Origin: Candidatus Helarchaeota ASGARD archaeon Hel_GB_B
GTDB taxonomy: Archaea; Asgardarchaeota; Lokiarchaeia; Helarchaeales; HEL-GB-B
Assembly (NCBI GenBank): GCA_005191425.1
Contig: SUPR01000166.1
Span: forward strand, 1-5,658
Reading direction: 5' to 3'
Length of the DNA stretch: 5,658 nucleotides
A program made the translations under genes and the position numbers. How positions within the stretch are numbered: position 1 is the first letter of the stretch; the number at the start of each line of letters is the position of its first letter. Under the pieces are notes generated by a model, which was not told the origin of the DNA, made no database searches, and saw nothing but the letters and a program-made list of their open reading frames with translations. Below are positions 1-5,658 of the stretch, one piece after another.

Positions 1-713
1 TGTAACCTTTTAAGGTCTTCTAACTGGTCATTTTGCTCATTAATAATTGTTTCTAATTTTTTAATTTGTTCTGTTAATTCAATATCTTGATTTGATATTT
101 TTTCATTAAATTCTTGAATAATTTTGTCTTTTTCGTTTAATTTTTCATTTAATCGTTCCAATTCATTTTCATATTTGATACGTTCTATCTCTAATTCTTT
201 TACAGATTTTTCTAATTCTTTAATTTTTACATCTTTATTTGTAACTTCATCTCTCTTTTCTTTTAAAAGGACATTAATCTCGTTAAGATTTTTATTTAAG
301 ACATATTTTTCATCTTTTAATTCTTTTATTTCATTCTTTAAGTCAGATATTTGTGTCTCCTTTTCTATCAAATCATTACTCATATACGCAATTTTTGTTT
401 CCGCAGACCCGATAAATTTTTCTTTTGCCATCATTTGGTCAAGAATATCCTTATTAATATTATCAAGCTTTTTATTTTCTTCCTCTAAATATTTAATTTT
501 TTCAGAGAGCACTTTTATTTCTTCTAAATATTTAGATATCTCTGAATTTATGCTTGAATTTTCATTAGTTAATTCATTATTCTTAGTCTTTAATTCTTGT
601 ATTTCTAAATATTTTTTATCTAATTCAGATTTTAATGTCTTTATTTGCCGCTCAAACTTTTTAAGCATTCTATTCTGAGATTCTAATGTTTCTTGTAATT
701 TTAATTTTGGCAT
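1..713 (-). CDS. Long coiled-coil protein (5' part only; runs off left edge, >=237 aa)
   Basis: Manual translation from ATG at 713-711: MPKLKLQETLESQNRMLKKFERQIKTLKSELDKKYLEIQELKTKNNELTNENSSINSEISKYLEEIKVLSEKIKYLEEENKKLDNINKDILDQMMAKEKFIGSAETKIAYMSNDLIEKETQISDLKNEIKELKDEKYVLNKNLNEINVLLKEKRDEVTNKDVKIKELEKSVKELEIERIKYENELERLNEKLNEKDKIIQEFNEKISNQDIELTEQIKKLETIINEQNDQLEDLKRL... There is no stop in the window. The sequence is E/K/L/I/N-rich with heptad-like spacing of L/I, no Pro after residue 2 and a single Gly. An SD-like TAAGGG lies 7 nt upstream. Absent from the ORF track because it has no stop. Confidence 0.9.
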   Translation of the reverse strand, partial: MPKLKLQETLESQNRMLKKFERQIKTLKSELDKKYLEIQELKTKNNELTNENSSINSEISKYLEEIKVLSEKIKYLEEENKKLDNINKDILDQMMAKEKFIGSAETKIAYMSNDLIEKETQISDLKNEIKELKDEKYVLNKNLNEINVLLKEKRDEVTNKDVKIKELEKSVKELEIERIKYENELERLNEKLNEKDKIIQEFNEKISNQDIELTEQIKKLETIINEQNDQLEDLKRL

Positions 714-758
714 ATATAATCCCTTATTTTCTAGAGCAAAAATTTTAGATTTGATTGA

Positions 759-767
759 TTTTATATA
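759..767 (-). promoter_or_regulatory. Candidate archaeal TATA box for the coiled-coil gene
   Basis: The minus strand reads TATATAAAA about 45 nt upstream of ATG 713, compatible with a short leader containing the SD-like TAAGGG. The AT-rich background weakens this call. Confidence 0.3.
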
Positions 768-896
768 GAACTATTTATCTATAATCTATATTAATCAATA
801 TATTATTTAAAATTTTTAAAACTAGTTTAGTTTTTGTTTAATTATCTTAAAAAAATATTTAAATTATTATTAATTAGAATTACAAGGTTTGTACTA

Positions 897-1376
897 ATGC
901 CAAATATTAAGGACTTAAAAGACATTATAAAAGAAATGAAGGAAACATATGACAAAGACCCGAATGATTGGAAGGTCTTAGCAGGGCGTACTCCAAATAG
1001 TTATAATGATATCTTTTTTTGCCAATTAAATAAAGAGGAAGATAAACAAAATATATGGCAAGTTAAAGCCGAAAAAATGAGTCCTTTCAATATTGTGGGT
1101 GTTGGCGCTAAATTAAAGCATATCGATGATGAAATTATTAACAAAATAATGCAAGAAGGTAAACCTGCTTATTTATTTGGACTATTTGTCCCTCAAGAAA
1201 AAGGAATAATAGCTGCAACTGGCCCAATGGACTATTCTGATAAAACCATTAAAGATGTTAAAGAAAAACTCGGCGACATTTCAGACAAAAATGTACTTTT
1301 TGAAAAACTTCTTAAAAAACGATTGAAAGAATTAATTGATAAAGAATACCCTGGTCGATTTGATATGTATCGATAA
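897..1376 (+). CDS. Conserved hypothetical protein (159 aa), resembling an uncharacterised euryarchaeal/haloarchaeal family
   Basis: The track gives TTG 834, but ATG 897 (MPNIKDLKDII...) has AAGGT at 884-888, and the first 21 codons look like AT-rich intergenic DNA. Motifs DPNDWKVLAG, DIFF, QVKAEKMSPFNIVGVG, IDDEI, GPMDY and ELIDKE resemble, from my recall, a haloarchaeal hypothetical family (DPxGWRAVGG..DLY..QLK..NPFEVKGVG..IDD..GPMEY..LDDLID). The C-terminus ends in MYR, like the MYx ends frequent in archaeal proteins. Confidence 0.8.
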   Translation: MPNIKDLKDIIKEMKETYDKDPNDWKVLAGRTPNSYNDIFFCQLNKEEDKQNIWQVKAEKMSPFNIVGVGAKLKHIDDEIINKIMQEGKPAYLFGLFVPQEKGIIAATGPMDYSDKTIKDVKEKLGDISDKNVLFEKLLKKRLKELIDKEYPGRFDMYR

Positions 1377-1384
1377 TTCAAGTC

Positions 1385-2026
1385 CTATTTAATTACGAGA
1401 TCTGGGTCCATTCTATCAAAATTTTTCATAGAGGAAGGATTAAAATCAAATACAATTTGAATAAATTTGTTTATAATATAACCTGTAGCACCCCAAATAA
1501 TATAATTTTTATAAGTATAATATTGAATTGGGATTTTTCTGTTTTTTATTGTCCAAAATTTTTCAGAAAAATTTGTTTCGTCTAAAAATACATTAATTGG
1601 GACTTCAAATACTTCTGCAACTTCATCTTTATTAATTGTAACTTTATTGATATCGAAATTATTGATTTCTCCTATATAAGTTGATACTATATAATGCGAA
1701 GTCAAGGTGAACATATCATCAATCCGTCCTATGATTTTAATTTGTGATTTATCGATTCCAATTTCTTCAAATGTTTCTCTAAATACTGTATCAAGAAGGT
1801 TCTTATCTTTTCCTGGTTCGATTTCACCTCCTGGAAGTGAAACTTCACCCGAATGATTTTTTAAGTGTTTTTGTCTTTTTTCAAAAATTATGAATGGGAC
1901 ATTATCTCTAACATAAAATAATAAAATAACCGCCGACTTTTTAAAATTTGGAAAATCAAATATCCTTATTTTCCTATTTGAAATTTTCTCTCTAACTAAT
2001 TCTCGAAAATTCTCCATTATTACCAT
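1385..2026 (-). CDS. Nudix hydrolase, CoA pyrophosphatase subfamily (NudL/Pcd1/NUDT7-like)
   Basis: Contains SAVILL, the CoAse-specific pre-Nudix motif FEKRQKHLKNHSGEVSLPGG (cf. LTxRxxxLRxHxGEVxFPGG), the Nudix helix RETFEEIG, INKDEVAEVFEVP (cf. EVxxvFxvP) and C-terminal IWGATG (cf. IWGxTA). The start may instead be ATG 2017. Confidence 0.92.
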   Translation of the reverse strand: MVIMENFRELVREKISNRKIRIFDFPNFKKSAVILLFYVRDNVPFIIFEKRQKHLKNHSGEVSLPGGEIEPGKDKNLLDTVFRETFEEIGIDKSQIKIIGRIDDMFTLTSHYIVSTYIGEINNFDINKVTINKDEVAEVFEVPINVFLDETNFSEKFWTIKNRKIPIQYYTYKNYIIWGATGYIINKFIQIVFDFNPSSMKNFDRMDPDLVIK

Positions 2027-2290
2027 TCCACATTAGCTAAAGTCCAATAAATGCAATGTATCTATTGATAATAATCTTATATTTTAATTAATTCAATATT
2101 ATGTCTCTTAATATTATAAAATTACTTGTTTATTTACTTCATTACTTTATTCAAATTAAGTTATGCTTTTAATTTTTTCTTTATATAATCAATATGTTCT
2201 TTATTTTAAATATAAAGTGTAAATTTAAATATTGTATATATGTGGAGTTTTTACTATATGAGTGAATAAATTTGTGCATATTCTCATTTT

Positions 2291-2367
2291 TATTAATTTT
2301 TTAATAAAAAAAATTAAATCTGAACATTCTTAAAAATAATAGATACATTTATATTAAATATTTAATA
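2291..2367. promoter_or_regulatory. Two palindromes TATTAA-N4-TTAATA (2291-2306, 2352-2367): candidate dimeric-regulator operators
   Basis: 2291-2306 is TATTAAttttTTAATA, with arms extending to a 10-bp perfect inverted repeat over 2287-2310. 2352-2367 is TATTAAatatTTAATA, a perfect 16-bp palindrome. The second overlaps a TATA-like TTTATATT at 2348-2355. The region is extremely AT-rich, so chance is not excluded. Confidence 0.3.
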
Positions 2368-2410
2368 AAAATTTTTAACATATACTTAAATTAATTAAGG
2401 TAGCTTCAAA

Positions 2411-3997
2411 TTGGGACTTTCTAAGATTCAATTTACTAATTATAAAAGAAAATTAGAGCTAAATACTGATAGTATTATTAAACAAATTAATGAAAATATA
2501 GAAAATGAATTAAAGCAAAAAAAGAAGAATTATCGATTGATATGTGATTATTTTTGGATACTTGGCGATGCTTATAAGAAAAAAGAGGAATATTTAAACT
2601 CTATTGAATCTTATCACTCCGCATTAAAATATATTAATAAAATAAAAGATAATATACTAGACAAAAATTGTAGACTGGCAAAAAGTTATTATAAAATCGC
2701 CAATGTCTATATTGAATTACAGGAAATTGAAGAAATTATCCGATTTAAAAATAACACCTTAAATTGCATCGAAAAAAATAAACAGATATTAATTCAAACT
2801 TCTAATTTTCCACTTGTTAAAGATAATTTTGAAAAATATTTAAATTTTATCGATTATTATTATAAAATCTTGGAGGAATCAATAAAATATTACAGGAAAT
2901 CAGACCAATTAGATAAATTTGAAAAACGAATAAATAAAATTTGGAATGAAATTTTTAAAGAAAAAAATTCCTATAGAATTTTTGAAATGGGTTATATTCT
3001 TCATATTTTGACTATTATTGCCATAATATATAAGGATTATAACAGTCTTTGGGAATATATAACTTTAGGATTCGAGGTATCTTCAATCTGCGAGTGTCTT
3101 ACCTCATCTAAATCTAAATTTAATAAAATTTGGAAAAGATCATTACATGAATTTTTAAGCTTAGGAATAAATTTTATTAAATCAATTTATGAAATAGACG
3201 AATCACATGTCCCTGAAAATAAAAATAAATTAATTGATATTATTTTGGAATTAAATTTAGAAAAGCAAGATATATATTATCTGGAAAAATTATTCCGTTA
3301 TAAAGAAAAAAATAATTTAACTCATAAAGGAAAATTTAATATTCATTCACTAAACGCTGAAATTCAAAAAGAAGGTAAAATTCATTCAATTGTCAAAATC
3401 TTGTATGTTAATGAGCTAATATTACATTTATTAGAGAAAAAAGAGTTCTTAAAAGCTATAGAACTAGCTGAAAATAACCTGAAAATAATACATAAAGAAA
3501 TTAAAGATAAGAGAATAAGAAATTACTTTATTGCCCGTATGAACCAAATTCTATTCAGAATTGAGGTTAAAAAGCAAAATTATAAAGAGTCAGAGAAATT
3601 TGGAAAAAAAGTTATAAATATGTTCGAAAATGAAGGGATTAGAAGAAAATATGATTTATTATTATTTATAATTGAATTTGCCAACTTCAATATTCAAATA
3701 AAACAATATGATAAAGCCAAATCTTATCTAAATTATGCTTTAGAAATAGCTAAAAGCAAAAGGAACAAGAAATACGAATTATTTATGCAAATTTTTGAAA
3801 GCTATGCTGAAATATCTTGGGCTAATTCTGAATATATTGAATCAATGATTAATATTTTCAAGTCTCTCTGTTTTTATCTTATTTTTAATAGAAATGACCT
3901 TAAGATTATGAATAAATTAACATGGATGTTTTTTCAATTTTTAGAATCAAAAAAATTTGATGTTAAATTAATGAAATGGACTAATAATTGGGTATAA
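2411..3997 (+). CDS. Tetratricopeptide-repeat (TPR-like) alpha-solenoid protein, 528 aa
   Basis: N-terminal TPR-like units: CDYFWILGDAYKKKEEYLNSIESYHSALKY and LAKSYYKIANVYIELQEIEEIIRFKNNTL. C-terminal units: KKEFLKAIELAENNLKI, KKQNYKESEKFGKKVINMF and EFANFNIQIKQYDKAKSYLNYALEIA. No catalytic motif is seen. The TTG start is supported by AAGGT at 2397-2401 and by the first in-frame ATG lying about 190 codons in, past the N-terminal repeats. Confidence 0.8.
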   Translation: MGLSKIQFTNYKRKLELNTDSIIKQINENIENELKQKKKNYRLICDYFWILGDAYKKKEEYLNSIESYHSALKYINKIKDNILDKNCRLAKSYYKIANVYIELQEIEEIIRFKNNTLNCIEKNKQILIQTSNFPLVKDNFEKYLNFIDYYYKILEESIKYYRKSDQLDKFEKRINKIWNEIFKEKNSYRIFEMGYILHILTIIAIIYKDYNSLWEYITLGFEVSSICECLTSSKSKFNKIWKRSLHEFLSLGINFIKSIYEIDESHVPENKNKLIDIILELNLEKQDIYYLEKLFRYKEKNNLTHKGKFNIHSLNAEIQKEGKIHSIVKILYVNELILHLLEKKEFLKAIELAENNLKIIHKEIKDKRIRNYFIARMNQILFRIEVKKQNYKESEKFGKKVINMFENEGIRRKYDLLLFIIEFANFNIQIKQYDKAKSYLNYALEIAKSKRNKKYELFMQIFESYAEISWANSEYIESMINIFKSLCFYLIFNRNDLKIMNKLTWMFFQFLESKKFDVKLMKWTNNWV

Positions 3998-4012
3998 AAA
4001 GGAAGCGTTCTT

Positions 4013-4426
4013 ATGGTAAATATTGATAGAAAAAAAGTTGATGAGGCTGTTGCAGAAATAGAAAAATCTGAATATTTTCAAAATGTATTATCTCAAGTAA
4101 AGAAAATAAGGTCTATGAAAAATGACAGTCCTTTAAAAAATAAAATTAATATTTGGGCTGGTCTACTCGCGGAAAATGAATTTTTCAAATTAAAACATTA
4201 TTTAAAATATTATGAAAAAAAGATTTCCCAAGACCAATTAAAAAATCTCCCTTTAGAACCACATTTTAAAAGTAATAACTTGAATATTTTAAATTCCCCA
4301 AAATTTGATGAATGTATTTTAGAATATCTGTCATTCCGAGAAATGGCATTAAAATTTAATTCAATTAAGTGTTCTGAATATGTTTATTCCAATAAGCCCA
4401 ATAAAAAGAATATTAGTAAAAAATGA
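4013..4426 (+). CDS. Hypothetical protein, 137 aa (no recognised family)
   Basis: ATG start with AAGGA at 3999-4003, 15 nt after the TPR gene stop. Protein-like helical composition; no motif recognised. Confidence 0.7.
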   Translation: MVNIDRKKVDEAVAEIEKSEYFQNVLSQVKKIRSMKNDSPLKNKINIWAGLLAENEFFKLKHYLKYYEKKISQDQLKNLPLEPHFKSNNLNILNSPKFDECILEYLSFREMALKFNSIKCSEYVYSNKPNKKNISKK

Positions 4427-4504
4427 GGCTTAAAAGTAAATAAAAAGATTGACTCTATTGAAAATAAGGTTTTAGATATTAAATAAATGAAAAAGGTCTT
4501 AAAT

Positions 4505-5260
4505 ATGGTAAAAATAGTTTCAATTCATTCATTTAGAGGTGGAACTGGTAAAAGTAATTTATGCGCCAACTTAGCTGTTTTTACTGCTTTACAAGGAAAT
4601 AATGTTGGAGTCGTAGACACTGACATACAAAGTCCAGGAATACATGTTATTTTCGGGTTAGGTAAGAAAACACCAAAATTTACCCTAAATGACTATTTGA
4701 ATAAAAAATGTAAGATAAAAGAAGTTGCTATCGAACTTACGAAAGATTTGAAATTAGATGCTGGTAAAATATTTCTTATACCATCTGCAATGGACGCTTC
4801 TGAAATTACTAAAATCCTGCGAAATGGTTACGAGGTGGACATGCTTTCATCTGGTCTTGATAAATTGAGCGAAGAATTTAATTTGAACTATCTTTTTATC
4901 GATACACACCCTGGTCTAAATGAAGAAACCTTCTTATCCACGGCAATATCTGATGTACTCTTGGTAATAATGCGGTTAGATGAACAAGATTGGGTTGGGT
5001 CCGCAGTTACTTTAGAAATTGCTAAAAAGTTAGAAATTCCAAAACTAGGTATTGTTATTAACAAAATATTGCCAGGTATCGATATTAAAAAAATTCAAAA
5101 AGAAATCAATAAAAATTTTAAAGTTCCTGTAGCTGGTGCCATAAAATATTATGATGAACTTGCTAAATTAGCATCTAAAAGTATATTTATAATTGAAAAT
5201 AAAGAACACGAGTTAAACAATGATATAAATGTTCTATTTAATTTCATTTCTTCAGATTAA
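4505..5260 (+). CDS. MinD/ParA-family (SIMIBI) ATPase with variant Walker A HSFRGGTGKS
   Basis: Deviant Walker A RGGTGKS (4535-4555), switch I VVDTDIQSPG, Walker B YLFIDTHPG and IVINK near the C-terminus. ATG 4505 is preferred because AAGGT lies at 4493-4497 and the N-terminus then matches the typical MxKIVSIHS. ATG 4487 is the alternative. There is no obvious C-terminal membrane-targeting helix like that of E. coli MinD, so no gene symbol is given. Confidence 0.93.
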   Translation: MVKIVSIHSFRGGTGKSNLCANLAVFTALQGNNVGVVDTDIQSPGIHVIFGLGKKTPKFTLNDYLNKKCKIKEVAIELTKDLKLDAGKIFLIPSAMDASEITKILRNGYEVDMLSSGLDKLSEEFNLNYLFIDTHPGLNEETFLSTAISDVLLVIMRLDEQDWVGSAVTLEIAKKLEIPKLGIVINKILPGIDIKKIQKEINKNFKVPVAGAIKYYDELAKLASKSIFIIENKEHELNNDINVLFNFISSD

Positions 5261-5285
5261 TCTATAAGATTGGTGCATTTAACAT

Positions 5286-5658
5286 ATGAGTAATGAAGAT
5301 ACAATTTTATTGAAAGAGTTTCAAAATCTGATGAAAAATTTTAATAGTACTTACAAAAATCTCCAGAAATTCACTAAAATTTTTGAAGAGCAATTAGGTA
5401 TTAATAAAAAATTACCTGGAAAAACAATTGGTATTACAGAAATAATGGAACTTCCAGAGGAACTAAGAAAAACAGCATTAGCTGCAATTAGACTTAGAAA
5501 AAATGCTACTATAGAACAAATTGCAAAAAGGACTAAACGAGATATATCTTTGGAAAAAGGGTTCGCTGAAGCCCTTGTAGCTATGGACATTTTATCTAAA
5601 GAAAGCACTGAAAGTGGAACAATCTTCAGACCAAGTTTAGGTAAAAGAAGACCAATAA
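5286..5658 (+). CDS. Winged helix-turn-helix DNA-binding protein with N-terminal helical segment (partial, >=124 aa, runs off right edge)
   Basis: Manual translation: MSNEDTILLKEFQNLMKNFNSTYKNLQKFTKIFEEQLGINKKLPGKTIGITEIMELPEELRKTALAAIRLRKNATIEQIAKRTKRDISLEKGFAEALVAMDILSKESTESGTIFRPSLGKRRPI... Residues ~56-114 follow the pattern LPxxLRKTA...AT(x)3(I/V)AxxTxR...E...LVxMxxL...F, which I recall as an archaeal wHTH regulator family. GGTG at 5272-5275 is SD-like. The terminal TAA at 5656-5658 is out of frame. Confidence 0.85.
   Translation, partial: MSNEDTILLKEFQNLMKNFNSTYKNLQKFTKIFEEQLGINKKLPGKTIGITEIMELPEELRKTALAAIRLRKNATIEQIAKRTKRDISLEKGFAEALVAMDILSKESTESGTIFRPSLGKRRPI

Noticed and set aside
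124-678. 184-aa plus-strand ORF in the track
   Set aside because: S/F/I/L-rich antisense shadow of the E/K-rich coiled-coil gene on the minus strand.
1-713. Calling the coiled-coil protein SMC or crescentin
   Set aside because: No N-terminal Walker A head, and such labels usually arise from low-complexity coiled-coil matches.
834-896. TTG-start N-terminal extension MFNYLKKIFKLLLIRITRFVL (could be read as a signal peptide)
   Set aside because: Composition matches AT-rich intergenic DNA. ATG 897 has an SD-like AAGGT, and family resemblance begins there.
1385-2026. Nudix-box spacing G-x6-D-x8-RE, longer than canonical G-x5-E-x7-RE
   Set aside because: CoA pyrophosphatases commonly deviate in this loop and the catalytic RExxEE is intact, so this is not evidence of new function.
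2227-2287. Slightly GC-richer intergenic patch with a weak bulged hairpin (2258-2287) and tiny ORFs (20 aa on minus, 9 aa on plus)
   Set aside because: The stem is weak and AT-rich, and the ORFs lack RBS or motifs. Nothing supports an ncRNA or small protein.
4505-5260. Calling the ATPase minD (cell-division site selection)
   Set aside because: No minC/minE in the window, no evident C-terminal membrane-targeting helix and a variant Walker A. Only family-level assignment is supportable.
5557-5576. Hairpin AAGGG-TTC-gct-GAA-g-CCCTT
   Set aside because: Short, bulged, lies inside the wHTH coding sequence and is explained by codons for KGFAEAL.
5351-5608. 85-aa minus-strand ORF in the track
   Set aside because: Antisense shadow of the plus-strand wHTH gene at 5286->5658, which has a recognisable motif and an SD-like site.
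1-5658. CRISPR arrays, tRNA/rRNA, IS ends, integrases
   Set aside because: No regularly spaced repeats, no structured GC-rich RNA-like segments and no transposase or recombinase motifs were seen by eye.

Overview
Very AT-rich, gene-dense window that looks archaeal and is plausibly Asgard-type; this is an inference from protein families and ribosome-binding-site style, not a database result. It holds seven real genes. The ORF track misses two of them because they run off the window edges: a long pure coiled-coil protein (minus strand, 713 to <1) and a winged-helix DNA-binding protein (plus strand, 5286 to >5658). Track ORFs 124..678(+) and 5351..5608(-) are antisense shadows of those two genes. 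Between them lie a conserved-looking uncharacterised protein (897-1376), a CoA-pyrophosphatase-type Nudix hydrolase (2026-1385), and a co-oriented run of TPR protein, orphan protein, MinD/ParA ATPase and wHTH protein. The ATPase has Arg at the signature-Lys position of its Walker A motif. The most interesting signal is the ATPase + wHTH pair, a candidate uncharacterised ParA/adaptor partitioning or positioning module. Its upstream intergenic region carries two TATTAA-N4-TTAATA palindromes. No RNA genes, CRISPR arrays or mobile elements were seen.
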